Shown piece after piece: positions 49,660-63,165 of a stretch of 64,000 nucleotides of DNA; positions within the stretch are counted from its first letter, which is position 1, and each line of letters begins with the position of its first letter. A model generated the notes under the pieces. The model was not told the origin of the DNA. It did not search any database and saw nothing but the letters and a program-made list of their open reading frames with translations. Where the stretch lies: contig CM060734.1 of the NCBI GenBank assembly GCA_030704615.1, positions 5,456,001-5,520,000 on the forward strand, in the 5' to 3' direction. Both the position numbers and the translations under genes were made by a program. The DNA comes from Takakia lepidozioides. Its lineage: Eukaryota > Plantae > Bryophyta.

Positions 49660-50990
49660 TACCTCTGTTCAAGGCATCGTGGACACAAACCATTCTCCGC
49701 TATGAACCTTCTCAAGTGGCGGTGTTAAACACCACCCCCTTGAGCATTTGTCACACACCAATATGGTTGCTACACCACCAGCATGCCCACATAGCATGCA
49801 ATGCAACCCTGCAAGTACCATTGCAAGGTTGGGATCTATCATCCCATCCACATGTAGAGGGTGACATGGTGCACAATTGCGCATATGGTCCTTCCATACC
49901 ATGCCATCTCGACCCTCTAGAATCAACACTCCTGAAGGCAACACCTCTCGTACCCGTAAAATCACACGTCTTGCTGTGACATCCAAGGTCATTGGTATTG
50001 TCTGCTGCAAATACACATAGTCTCCATGATGGAAACGCCAAACCCATGGATGATATCCTCCTCCACGAATGGTGGCATACCTCAATGTGGGCAATAGCAA
50101 AATTCTTAAAAGCCATAGGCATGACTCTCTTGAACAACTCTGCTCGCTGATCACATGCTTGTGTCTACACATCCGGATCATCAAAGGTTGATGACTACTG
50201 CACCCTCCCTGCGAATGAATGTAGACAAATCTGGCTCTCGGGAAGGAAATAAGGCAAGAACGAGGCAAGTGATGTTTGCTTGCTAAACCTATAGCCCATG
50301 GCCAACCAAGGTAGCTGAAGGTCCCAATCTCCCAAGTATCCCTTCTGCAAGCCATACTTGCGCAAACCTCTCTTGACTGTTTGCACAACCCTCTATGCCA
50401 AGCCATCAGCCTTGGGATGATCCCGAGAAGTAGTGCAGTGATTTATCAAGGCTTGCTGACACAAAGCCTGAAAACTCCCCCAAGAACTCTCTCCCCTAGT
50501 CTGAGCTGTGAGTACCTCGGCTGGAGCATCAAATCGGCTAAGGACTCGATCTAAGAATGCATACACAGCCCCTTCACTGCCTTGTCAGGCAATGCCACCA
50601 GTTCAATCCATTTGGAGAAGTGTTCCACCATCACCAGCATATACTTGTTATGGCGAATCGTTAGTGACAATGGGCCTGCGAAATCAAGACTCCAACGATA
50701 GCCCAAACCCATAATGGGTAAAGGATGCAATTGTGGAGTAGGTGCATTGAAAGAAGCCTGCCTCTATCACACACCATACACCGTGTCACTAACTGTTGCA
50801 TATCCGTGTGCATGCCCCGCCACCAATACTGTCTTTTTGCAGCAAACTATGAGTGCGCCGCACCCCAAAATGTCCGAACTCCTCATGGGCATGGCGTACC
50901 AATCGCGCTCGTTGTGTTGGATGATGCACAATTCTCACTCGTCCATCCTCCCATACACGAAGTAGATGAGTCTCATTCCACTTGAACCTC
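49660..50990 (-). pseudogene. Gypsy integrase (HHCC zinc finger and DDE core) plus PHD finger (copy 2)
   Basis: HAHEEFGHFGVRRT, the DDE core, and CMLCGHAGGVATILVCDKCSRGW..CLTPPLEKVHSGEWF. Confidence 0.88.
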
Positions 50991-51279
50991 TTAGCTCGTT
51001 GCAGAATCCGATCTATTTCCTTAGCAGTCACACTGGCTGTTATCTCTCCGGTACGAAGGTAAGCCAACACTGCTGCATCTTCATGCACATCCTTAGCATC
51101 ACCAAGCTCCTCACTGATCTCTGGATCATCATGCACACTGTCTACATGACCAATCACACGGGATGGACCAGCTTGAGCTCCCATTGCTAGAATGCACAAA
51201 AAAACAGATGCATGCTATCTTGGCACCATCTCCTCATCCGTTCACCATGCCAACAAGCTCCTGTATCATCATGCTCGCT

Positions 51280-52620
51280 CGTACATGGATTGCGACTCAA
51301 TCCCTCCACATCCCAGTTGACTATATCGGCTCGATGCACCACCTTGAAGTCGTACTCTTGAAGCATAAATGTCCACCGTGCAAGCTTTCCTGTAAGTTTG
51401 TGTGACTCCATCAACCACTTCAATGGTTGGTGATCCGTGACAAGGGTAAAGAGATTGTCATAGAAGGAGCATCTGAAATGTGTCACTGCCCATACTGCAG
51501 CTAGACACTCTCCTTCATATGAGCTATACTTCGCCTCAGCATCATTGTTCGAGCAGCTGACATATGCCACTACGAACTCTCTTCCCTTGTCATCCACATG
51601 TGTGAGCACTGCTCCCCATCCCAACATACTCCAATTTGTAGGTAGAAAGGTCGCCCCCGAATATGTCGCCTCAGAATAGGTGCAGAAGTCAATCGAGCCT
51701 TGGGTTCCTCAAAGGCTTCTTCCTGCTCCTCCTCCCACTGCCACTCCTGACCCACCTTGGTCAACTTGGTAAGAGTCTTTGCAATGCTGCTAAATCCCTT
51801 GACAAATCGTCGATAGTAGTTTGCCAACCCCATGAAAGCACGTACTTTGCTCACATCTGTGGGACGTGGAATGCACGCAATGGCCTCCGCCTTTGTCTAT
51901 TGAACACCCAATCTTCCAGGGTATATCATATGGCCCAGATACTCAATAAGACCGTGGAAGAACTTGCACTTTCCAGGGTGCAGTTTCAACCCGTGCGCTC
52001 TCAAGCGCTCAAACACTATTTGAAGGTGTCTCTCATGCTCCTCAATCGTGGCACTAAAGATACTGATATCATTAATGTAGCACCGGGAGAAGTCTAGCCT
52101 TGCAAAAATCCTATCCATGACCCTTTGAAACTCTGCAGGAGCATTCTTCAACCCAAATGATAGGAAATGTCATTGGTACAAACAATCCTTCCCATGCTGG
52201 TCAATCCCCCAGAATGCCGTTTTTTGGCTTGTGAGCCTCTTTGATTGGTAATTGGTGGTAACCGGATCCAGGTCCAATGTGTTAAACACCTTTGCATGCC
52301 CAATGGCATCAAAGATCTCCTCTGGAGTTGGCATGACATATCTATCGGACTTTGTCTGATGGTTCAAATGACGATAGCAGAACGATAGTCCCCACACATC
52401 CTTCTTTCTGTCCAATTGCCATAAATATCATTCATAGCTGACATTACCATTGCCGAGACATACTCCCCACCTGACAAATCCACCAATCTAGCTTTGAACA
52501 ACTTCATAGTCCGTGACTGGATCAAAGACCTCTCCATGTCACTATACCAGTAGGGCCTTCAAAAAATTGGCGTGTCACTTGCCAAATCAATACGAATCTC
52601 CTAGCCCTTCAAACTCCCCA
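51280..52620 (-). pseudogene. Gypsy RT and RNase H (copy 2)
   Basis: RT motifs as in copy 1. RNase H: GWGAVL..VVAY..YSSYEGECLAAVWAV..TDHQPLKWL..KLARW. Confidence 0.9.
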
Positions 52621-53149
52621 AATTATTCAAACCGAAGGCAAAGCAATTTTTGTAAGCCCTCAGAAATTGCTGGATCCTCCGTCTTTCTCCTCCGGTGACT
52701 GTAGATCCAACATCTGGTTCCCAATTGTCCTTAGTAACTGCAACCTTGGGTACACCAGGTGTGGAGGTAGGAGATGCATCATTTGGTTGCTAGATAGCAA
52801 CCTCTTGGGCCTTATCCGCCCACCCTGACTGTGGCGTAGTCTCCACTTGCTCCGCTATAGCCACCCTGATAACATCCTCCGCGCAAGAAACATCCTCAAC
52901 CTCTTCAAAAACCTTAGTCACCTTAGCCTCCGACTTATCATCAGTGTATGGCTCTCCCTACTCCTCATACTACTGTTTGAGAGATCCAATGACTCCTCTT
53001 TGCGCATCTCATCCCACATCTGCCATGGGTGTTTGTACCCCACAATCTTGTGCTCGCCCCCACTCACTGCCTCAACCGTCCCGGTTGGCAGGGAGGATGC
53101 ACTATCCAATGGGAGTGCCGAAATAGCCACCAATGCTTGCAATCTCCAT

Positions 53150-53820
53150 TGTTCAGCCATGCACAAGCCAATGACCCATGTCAAGCAATTTAGATCCATT
53201 GCTTGACCACCTGTCAGCGTGATGCCTCTGACAGAGCTGGCACAGCTGTAGTGCCTGTGGCAAACCCCATTGCCCGCTCTCGCTCATCCGCATTGGGCTC
53301 TACTAACTGATGTAGCACACTGTCCCAAATCAACCCAGGACCATTGTCTCGGAAAGCATGAGATAAAGGAAAGCTCATGAGTGTAGGTAAGGGCGCACGT
53401 GGTTGCCCCACTGACCACTGCCAAAGGTAGACGGTCATCATGTCGCATCCTTTGTGGTTGTCTCCCTTGGTCCAAAATGCCCTCAACCGTGAGATTGGGT
53501 GGTCGTTGAATGGAGTCGTATGCTCTCTTGAGCAGCTCTGGTGGTGCAAGATTGGTCCACCACAATCGAGGACCATGCCGGTCCAAATCTTCCGCCCTTG
53601 GCAGTAAAATATCTGCTGGCAAGGCCTTGTGGTATCCTTGGATTGCTAAGAGAGGCAACAACTCATGATACTGGTGTGTGAGCAAGGCAATGTGGCGCAT
53701 AGAAATACGCTAAGCTATCTCATCATTCTCCACATACAAGTACTTTCATACTTTAATCCTTGCCTGCAATGCTCCTGCAAGCCAAGTGCTCATGCCTCAC
53801 AGGTCTAGCAAATAAATTCC
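53150..53820 (-). pseudogene. DNMT3-like C5 methyltransferase remnant (motifs I-II and VIII-X; catalytic IV-VI deleted; copy 2)
   Basis: LLDL..GMST.LAGALQA, YLYVEND, a deletion junction DLDRHG|PRLWWTNL at ~53570, LPTLMS, EPNADERERAMGFATGTT (motif IX) and SR.QV.GQAMDLNCLTW (motif X). Confidence 0.85.
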
Positions 53821-54299
53821 TAAGTTAGGTGGTTGCCATGTAATAGGCACCATGTCCAAAGGAGCTAAATGAGGTGGACTAGGTGATGTCACTAAACTCC
53901 TCTCGCCCACCGATGGAAAAGCCTCTTGTCATGCTTGCTGAACACACTGGTTTGCTACTCGATGCAAATTCCCAATTGTATCCCATAATGGAATATGAAC
54001 AGACGCATGAGAAAGCAACTCAGCCTTATATGCCAATTGTTTCTCCTCATCAGGTGGTGGGCTATCATCTGCATGGCTATTGCCCTCCAAGAGCTCACCA
54101 CCCCAAGCCACCACCCCTGAAAATGCAGCCAATGTGGGCATCATGTTTTTATGATCCACCGTTACATTCCCAATTAACCGCACTGGGAGCAGTGCACGTC
54201 GGTCATCCCCTGACTGCCATTCCAACATGTAGGGTGTCGTTTCCTCCCAAAAGTCCAGAGTAAATCCCATGGGGTACGACACAGCCTCACCAACAAATT

Positions 54300-54700
54300 A
54301 CACATCGTATGACATCGCGTCCGTAACAATGGTTTTCACTCTCATGACTGAGCCATCCGTAGGATGATCTGGCTGCAATCAAATAAAGAGTTCATGGCGT
54401 GTAATCCCTCGCGCCTTCTCTGAACCACCCAAAGATGTCTGAATTTGGAAAGGGCAAGGCTCCAAATCTGCATCTGTAAGGCCCAAGCCTACAATTGCTG
54501 CCCTTCCCAACATCAATGGTTGTGCTCTCGAATCCAACAAGACTTGTAGTGGCCGATACCTCCTCCCGGCTGGGCCACCCAACTGAAACACTCCATCCTG
54601 ATTGTCCACCAGGACTACTCCAGGAGTCACCATGCTATGCTCAATGGCTGGCCTAGCTGACAACTCTTGCAACCGTGCAGCTGCCGCTTGCCATGGCGTA
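54300..54700 (-). pseudogene. Retropepsin aspartic protease (copy 2)
   Basis: ORF 54379-54846 has QVLLDSRAQPLMLGR and is nearly identical to copy 1. Confidence 0.85.
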
Positions 54701-56299
54701 GCTGTGGCTGTCTTCACCCTTGAATCCAAGTCATCTATGGACTGCACCTTGTCTATTATCCCCGCAGACAATGTTGATGCATCACCTCTTACAGAGTGTA
54801 GTTGCCAGTCTAAACATTGCGGCTGACCAAATCCCCGGCATTGCAATTGTCAATATTGCATAAATCAATGGAGTTTGACAAATAAACGTAGCCGCCCCCA
54901 ACAATGTACTGGCTACACCTTGCTTTGCAGCTCCACCCACTGGCATTTCCCGAGCCACACCAACTCTTCCCAATGGCACTTATGGCTCTACCTCTGACAC
55001 ACTTGGGCGAGCAGGTCATCTCAAATTTGCCAGGCCACGGATACTCAACAAATATGACACTTTTTCCGGAGTTTCATGGGTTCGTACTACATCCAAACTA
55101 TATTCGTGTCATCTTGTTAAACATTATAACCACACGATCATGATATCATCATGATTTTAACAAATATTACACCAAAATAATGCGATTGGCGTGTATACTA
55201 TGATTGTGTCCATCACACACAATTTCCTATTGGCACATTGGTGCAATGTGGGTTTGCATATTCACACGACAACATCATTGAAAATGTGTTCCCCACATGC
55301 TCATGGTATCTATGCTAAATTGATATTGTAGTTGTGGGACAACGGAAGACATGTTAATTTCACGTGGCACTTGGCTAGCATTATATTGGTGTGCACTTCG
55401 CACTTCTGGAATATTATTGTGATAGCTTTATGTGCAGATTGTTGATTAAATTTGAATTGATAAATAATCTATATGATTTATTTAGACAATTTTGATCAAA
55501 CAAATTGAAATAAAAGATAAATTCAAAGATGTTGGCATTCATATTTAGAACCACGCAGCTGAGTACAAAGTGAGCCCAAGAGAACTCAATCCCTCAAAAG
55601 AGTTCTCCCCTTGAGCTCTCAATTTTGGAATGTTTTTTCTGAATGTTGCTATAAGCTAAAATTAGAGATGTGATCCCGAAAAGAAGAAAATGGGTCGGTC
55701 AAGCATGGGGGGGGGGGGGCAAGCACCGTGAGGGTGAGCTAGAGCTGAAAAACTTCATAATAACTAACCTCACCTAATCTCCAGCCCTGGCCACTACTAT
55801 GCTTATGGTACGACTGAAGACTCGCATTGAATCAGCAGAGAATTGGAAGCACGCGGCCACAGCAAGAGCATGAAACTAGGGTACTTCTGGGAAGCATAAA
55901 ACGATTGTTGGCAATGCTCATCATCCGATCATTACCAGTACTAAAACCAACCGATATTTGACATCCATGTTCCTCAAAACCTGTTTGGATTCGGAGGAAC
56001 AGTCAATGCTGAGTTCAGACAAGACCAGCACTCGCCACTCGCATCCACCATACCCTGCGTATTCCTGTAGAAAGTTCAGCCACTCAGCCCTGTAGCAGTC
56101 AGCCACCTCCATCTTCAACATATCACTGGTGAAACCACAACATCAAGTTAGCCATTTGGGTTGAAATGCAGAACTCATAACGACACTAAAGCTACAAGGG
56201 TTGGAAAGATACAGACATTTGTTGGAAGGTGTTAATTGTTATTGTACATACTACTGACTTAATAAGTCAACTGGAGAAACAAAAGTGCAGTTGACATAC

Positions 56300-56365
56300 C
56301 TGCAGGCCAGCTGCAACACCCATAGCAATCTGAATTCTTGTTCCCCAGTTGAGTGCTGTTTTCAA
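56300..56365 (-). pseudogene. Short receptor-like-kinase-like exon fragment
   Basis: ALNWGTRIQIAMGVAAGLQ followed by a GT donor resembles the RLK subdomain VIa motif L.W..R..IA...A.GL. Confidence 0.4.
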
Positions 56366-56689
56366 ATGAGCTGTGAAGAGACACATCTGTCACTTCCCAA
56401 TTGTATCCTCCGTTCGACAGGATCTACACTAAAGGTAACTCCCTATGATGGCACTGTATTTATGTTTGAGATTCCATTCATGGTTCACCCAGCTAGGTAG
56501 GGCTTGCCATATTGACTACCTTGGGGCTTCAGGTCTGTAAGAGAAAAACACTGGTAAACAAGCTTGCCCCAGTCACAAAGTGACAGTACAAAGAGCCCAC
56601 CTAACAGCAGACAGTAGCCCTCACGAGTGAAGCCTCCTTCATACACTAGAGCTCCAGTCAGCATTGTCTTCCTCAAGGGGAGACCACTG

Positions 56690-58260
56690 GGGACACCCTT
56701 TCTTATCCAACCTGCCCATGTTCTTCTCTGCCGAGCATATATGTAGCACACAACTCACATCCAAATGCTCAAGCAATCAACGTGGAAGTATGTGATATCA
56801 ATACAAGCGAGGCAAATGCAGAAACCTGAAGCGTAATCAAGACGTCCTAGGTATCAAGCCCAGAGTTGTCGGCCAATGTTTTCGGAATGACAAGTAGTGC
56901 ATCTGCAAATGCTTCAACTCCAAGCTGGGCACGCTGCAAAATGAAACGTTCTCTTTACAACTTACTTTCCCCTTCAAACTTAACCCATACCGGACCAAAA
57001 AGACACACTTCCCACAAAATGCAAGTAAAAGTAAAGGGCATCAGTTGCGAACATGCACCTGCGTCTTCCCTTGGTTTCAGTTTTGGTAATAAAATTGACA
57101 TATGGCTCTATAAGAGTTTTAGCATCAGCTTCCAAAATGTGCCGGTTCAAAAGCCAGTCGTTATACTCTGAACTACCTGCAGAGCTCAATTAAAAGGTTG
57201 TTCAAGAAGTGAGACACATCCATTCCTGCCGCAAGATAGTAGATTAAACCACCCAAGACTAGCAAGTCCCATGCAAAATGCAAGTAACATCATGTAGAGG
57301 ACAAAAGGCAGTAGGGAGGGAGGGGCTAGCACTATTACCAGTGGTGCCAATCAGATCAATCACCCTCACCAGTATCTTTAACAGTGTTGTATCATCTGCA
57401 CACTTTTTCAGCATGTATCTGTTCAATCCAACACAACCCCATTCTCCATCCTTAGTCTGACACACTGCAGCTTACATCAAAGTAAACAATATATAGGAGT
57501 TGACAGAGAACAAAAACCAACAAATCGGAAAGAGGAGGCAGCATTACTCGCAGGCTTGGTGAATGGTATTAGCAGTCTCCTCCCGCAATGCTGGACTGGC
57601 CACAGGTGCACCTGCAGCCCCCACCACCGTCGGGCTTACCAGCAACGGGGAAAAAATCAGGTAAGCATGATCCAAGACCACCTAAGGTTGCCTCCACACA
57701 CAACAGCAATACTCGTAGGTGCTCCTTTTTCTGTCCTGCACTCGTACCCACCCATGCATCTCCTGAGCCACCCTCAGTTGAACACCATCTGCATCAATCA
57801 TTCTCACCACAGACAAAGTTGACTAGACCACACTCCTTGGCACACCACAACAGTGGAAGGAGTCAACAGCTTCCTACCATTATCAGAAAGGTCCACCTGA
57901 GGACCATCTTGACACATGTTATGTAAATCTGCAAGGGAGCTGCGCAGATGCAGATCCAATAGCTCCTCAACAAACTTCATCTCTGCTGGACTAGGGATAT
58001 GCCACTTTGGACAGCTACCCTCCACTTGAAGGCTTTGGCCCTTTGTACTGAACCATGGATACACCCCACTCGGACCAGAGTGTGCAACCTGTGTAGTCAC
58101 CAGACATAGCCAGTCAGCACAAGCCTCAATAATGTCCTTCCAGATTAAAAACACTTGAGAGTCACTGCAAGACTCCACGACATAATGGAGCCCAGTTGGT
58201 ACAATTCCAGCTCTGTAGCTGTCACTATGGGCCTCATTGCCATTGTCCAAATCTGCCAAG
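56690..58260 (-). pseudogene. PA200: Internal exons of proteasome activator PA200/PSME4, fragmentary
   Basis: PKWHIPSPAEMKFVEELLDLHLRSSLADL, KKCADDTTLLKILVRVIDLIG and GSSEYNDW..IEPYVNFI..KGRRR resemble the central region of plant PA200 as I recall it. There are frameshifts, and both N- and C-termini are missing. Confidence 0.7.
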
Positions 58261-58824
58261 GTATCAAGACCAAGGGCCCTACCTAAAGCAAGTGCACACT
58301 CAAACTGACCAAAGGACTTCAGAAATAGTTACAGAAAGGAGTAAAAACTCAAGGAATCTGATAAAACAGCTTGCAAAATCAGACGGCATAGCAGGAAACA
58401 TACCCCTTTGGCATCATTTGTAAAGTGTAGTATGTTATCTGACGCTCAAGCAAGGAACTTAAGACACTACTTCCAGCTGTATTCACCTGTCAAAGCCAAT
58501 CACACAATCATGAAAGCCAACTCATTTCTTGGAGGAGGGATGAATGAATGACTCTTGGAATAGATCATTCATAGGCACACCTCTTCTATTGAAGAAGCAA
58601 GTTTGTAGGAACCAAGCTTTCCAGCAAATACTTCAGTTGAACTGCAAACACAACTCCAAAAAATTTCAAAAAACACTCCAACATGCAGACAGCTCATATT
58701 TGCACATTAACATCAATCCAAAGCAACTAATTGACAAGCACGTGTAAGTGAGCCAGAGAGTGACCTTTGACCTTTGAGAGAGACAGCGAACTGTACAGAG
58801 ATATTGCAAGCACTCTGAATGTGT

Positions 58825-60223
58825 TTAGTCCTCAAAATTGTTGGCATTTTCCAAAAGGTAGTTGGTAGTTGCTCATTCCTGTCACATGGCAGAAATGCCT
58901 CAATCACCAGCGCCCGCTCAAATCCCATTGCCTCCAGCTGTTAAGGCAAACAACGCATCACCTAAAACTTCTAATGCATCCTGTGATTCCTAAAAATCGC
59001 CTTCCTTCGAAGTCCACTTCCATATGCAGTAGGTGCATGTCTCCACTGTGATACTCAGTACCTCTAGTATATTACTGAGCTGAGATTGCAAACATAATAA
59101 GACAGAAAAGTTGGCAAGTGTTGTATGAACAAAAGGGATGAGAGAATACCCGGTCAATGGCTTCCCTCTCCTCAGGTGTGACATTGACTGATTGTGGCAT
59201 TGCTCCTGCAAGCTGCCCTAAGATGTCCCTGCACTTTACACAATCCACTCAGAAGTAATGCACAACGTCCCCCTTCCATGAAGAGGTGTCAAAAGCCTCC
59301 ATAAATTGAAGGCCTTGAATGACTCTCACTAATCAATAAGCTAAACTCACAACAAACTGGACCATAGCATGTATTCAATCAGCACATCCTCCATCACGCA
59401 TCAAAAGAACATCAGCTACCATAACAAACAGCTGAATTCTAGTTCCAAGGATTTAACAGCTGTGTAATTAGTTTTCAATAACTCTAACCCGTGAAATTTG
59501 TATTTCATTGAAGCGGTCAATATCCTTCAAAACCTGCCACAATAACACACTTACTTGTGCAGTTCCAGATGATGACGGTGGCGGTGCAGCTGATGCCATT
59601 GTCTGCCAGAAAGAGATACCAAGTTCAACGCAGAGACTCAAGATAACAACCATTGCAGCTAACCATATCACATACGACTAGTTTGACATGAAAACAGAAC
59701 TCGAGAATGATAGGCACAGCAAAAATCCATGGCCTGCCTTAAGTTGACACATGAATAAGACAACCTTCCAGTAGCTATGATCAATTGGAAGACCAGACAA
59801 CCTTGAAGGGCTACAGCAGTTCATCGATCCACTGGCAACCAGCTCATTACAATCGACAAGTAGACTTTCAAACTTTTAAGGGTTTCAACTCCTGCCTTTA
59901 TCTCCAACACAACATCAGTTTGAACGCATGAGCAGTGTCTTCATCTCTTAAGTGTCTGTAAAATAAAAACCACAGTCTATTGTATGTCGGACTCAGTCTG
60001 CTGAGCAATGTACATTCAATCACTACTGTAGAATGCGTCTTCAATAGTGCATAAGCCTCACCTTGATCAACATCACCACAAGAAATCCGTTTTCAGAGAC
60101 CTTGTTGTCCTGCATGGTTGTTTCATCTTTAAGAACTTTTCCTTGATGAATCAGCAGCTGCTGCGCGCATGGAAATGACTCCTTCCCCTGTGTGTTTTCT
60201 ATCTGCCTCTTTACAGAAATAAC
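58825..60223 (-). pseudogene. RAD23: RAD23 ubiquitin receptor pseudogene (UBL and UBA2 exons; UBA1/XPC-binding exons missing)
   Basis: Exon 60062-60223: VKRQIE..QQLLIHQGKVLKDETT..NKVSENGFLVVML. Exon ~59149-59228: DILGQLAGAMPQSVNVTPEEREAIDR. Last exon: LEAMGFERALVIEAFLPCDRNEQL/NYLLENANNFED* with a frameshift. Confidence 0.88.
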
Positions 60224-62829
60224 CTGAAACAAGCAACTCACGATCATATTAATTCTCCTCTATGTGCCAATGATGAACATTCTTAAAAACCCTAGGTACG
60301 CCCTGTCAAATGCTGACTAAGGTGCATCAGCATAGCTTGTAAGGGTCATGACCTAATTCTTGCTTACAAGTCATGTGTTTGAACCACTGTAATAGCAGAT
60401 CAGGAAGACTTTCACTTCCTCATTTCGCTCACCAGAGTATCCCTGTGGGTGATAGCGACCAAGAGATTTGACACAACACTTAAGATGAATGGACAAACTG
60501 GTTTTATGTTGGGACTGCTCCAAATGAAGATTCTTAGACACTGCTACAACCAGTAACCTTCCATACAAAACTTTTGAAGAATAGTTATTGGCAATCAATG
60601 GTCATGTTTTTGCTTTTACAAGAGCTACCCTGCATATTTCAAAGACATCATCCAGCATTCATGCACTGGCTCAAAACTTTACTGCCACATGGTCGCATCC
60701 AACCTCATCCTCACTATTCAACCTGACATCTCTCAGCATATCACACCATGTCCTACTTAAAGAGGCCCCGAAAGAGCTTGCCGACCATGAAACGGAAAGA
60801 CAAACGCTAGAATTGAAAAAGATTGTCAATGGTCCAAACATGAAAGCAACTCACATAACCTAAAATTTGTGTTCGCAAACAGTGTCGATGCTGAGTCAAC
60901 CTCTCCATGACACTGCACACCATCCTTAACCCTAATGCCTACTAAAGTATCATTTCACCTTCTCCAACACTACCGAAATTTAAGCAGATGCATGCCATAT
61001 ATACCAAACATAACCCTACCTTCCAAATCCATCCACTAGGAAAGGACAAGTTGGATGGCCGTCAAACAACTCCTCAACTCCTCTTGATCAAACTGCAGCT
61101 GAGGAAAAGAGAGAGAGGCACACGGAGTAGGCAAAGAGAGAAAGTCGGAAAGGATGGTGATGGAGAGCAGCGTAGTACCTAACATACCGGGCCATCATTG
61201 TTGGGACATAAATCTAGTACGGGGATTTTGGTGCTTTTGGCAGCCAGGATCGGACAGTGAACGTGAAGGCATGATGGAGTAAATATATATATGGTATATT
61301 ATATATCGTATAGTATAGTACGGGGATTTTGGCGAGGTGATCACATGTTTGCACGAAGCATTAGTAACAAATGGCAACGAGACTTCTCGGGAAATTTTGG
61401 GACACAGCAAACCGGAGCATATTACTCTCAGAGTTGGTTTCCTTAGGTCGCATGTTCCTGTCATGTAATCTGCATATCTTGTTGATGTTGTCGTTCGGAT
61501 GTAGTGAATCCAGAGCCAGCTTCGTTCACCGGAGTTAGGGTCAGTAGGCCTCAATTGCAGTCCTCTCATAATCTAGATAACCGTTACCTTCACTTGAGCA
61601 TGTGAACAATCTGCTCCAACTTCCCCAGACACCATAGAAGGTGCAGGGATGTTTTGCTTACCTTTCGCGTCGGTGAAGATGGACTAGTGAGCTGTCTCAA
61701 TTTCTAGCGTTTAAATTGGAAGCATTCTTGGAAGATCGTTCGTCAGAAGGACTGCTGGACTGTCTTCCTTATCTGGCGTTCGAGGGCAGGCACGCTGTCT
61801 ATAGACTTGAAGTAGTGCACGCAAGGCAGCTAAAGAGTGATGGGGTCGTTGCCTTGCCCCGCGTTTGCTTGCAAGATTGAATTCCATGTCGACATGGGGA
61901 GCGGAGTTGGAGGCGGATGTCTTTTATCTGATTTGGCAAGGGGAAGGAAAGAGAGTTTTTCCATCTCAAGTTACACGGGAGAAGCTCGACGAATCTTTTT
62001 TCTTTCCAGAAATAGGGGTGTTTGGAATTGCACAAGCTGCACCGACAACTGAAGAGCCTGATTTCCCTGGCTCACTGCCATGAAAACCATTGATGTTGAG
62101 GAATTCGATCCTGGTATGCGATCCAGCAGTTTACTTGTGGTACTCAACCGTCTGTTCACCTTGTAATACGTTGGTTGAGGGAAAAGAGACAGAATAAAAG
62201 TTAACGTCCACGCAAAGCTCAATGAGCTTGTGGGACAAAAGTGGACAGCCTCGCGTAGGTATCCCGGCACAAAGAAAGCGCAAGTGAAAGACCTCGAGAC
62301 ACATTCGGCAAGCATTGAATAGTTGACTGGTCTTGTGCTGTATTTTAAGCTTACTGTCCTATTGCGTGTATATGTGGGGGTGTTTTGGTACTACGTATCA
62401 AATATTTGTAGAGGTATAGATGTTTCTGTGACGTTTTGAGGTCGTTGCCCAGTTGTGAAGTGGTCTCTTGTTTTGACATTTGTCTATATGTCTCAACTTC
62501 TGTTTGTAATTTTCTTCTTTAGTAGGAAGGACTGGGGGTTGCTGGCTGCTCCTGTTTCCAAGGTCTGTAGCAAAAGATAAACTGCAGTTTTTATCCCAAG
62601 ACATACAGATCTGTTTCAGGTCTTGTATGTGAGTGTGATGCTGTTATTGCAGAGTTGTTGAGTTCGAACAATGAGAGGCAACCCTTAGAATGTCAAATTT
62701 GTATGAGTTAAAAATGTCACATTGTTGACAATGTATACATCCCAGATTGTGAAGCAACATATTTCATTTCGTTACTTGTAGCTGACCTATGAAGTTGATT
62801 TTGAACTCTGTTGACCTTGACTTGTGTAG

Positions 62830-63165
62830 GTGTGTCCTACGCAGTTGTGTCCCAAAGAAAATTCTAGTCTATGGTTCTGCCTTCAGCGCCGAGTGTGAAG
62901 TGAGTTGGACTTCTTGGCACCCCTTTGCTTCCATGAAGGGTGGTGAGAAAAGGGTCTGTTTCAACCTAAATTTAAAGTGTCACGATGTGTAGTGCCTGTC
63001 AAGCATGCTCTCAATTGTAAGCTTGCGAAAACAGCTAGAGTGGAGTATTGACAGCTCGATTGCTCGGCTCTTTTTTGTTTGGTGATACCAGGACGCCAAG
63101 AATTTTGGATGGGACATCCTTGGTGAAATTAAGTACAACTGGAAGAGGCTTATTGCAAACAATTT
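62830..63165 (+). pseudogene. GR: Two isolated exons of glutathione reductase (redox-active disulfide region)
   Basis: Exon 62830-62899 encodes CVLRSCVPKKILVYGSAFSAECE (cf. CVIRGCVPKKILVYG). The exon from 63092 encodes DAKNFGWDI..YNWKRLIAN. The intron is retained and the other exons were not found. Confidence 0.75.

Larger units (their letters stand above)
49316..55015 (-). mobile_element. Ty3/gypsy DNMT/PHD retrotransposon, copy 2 (5'-truncated, collinear, decayed)
   Basis: Protease (VLLDSRAQPLMLG), DNMT remnant, RT (KNAPAEFQRVMD, CYIND), RNase H, integrase with zinc finger, PHD, PPT aagggggtgat and the 85-bp terminus. Homology with copy 1 stops at ~55015, so gag is absent. Confidence 0.92.

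Noticed and set aside
61640-62115. Exon-like sequence upstream of the GR fragment (also 63660-63875)
   Set aside because: It may be further captured gene fragments, but I could not identify the protein.
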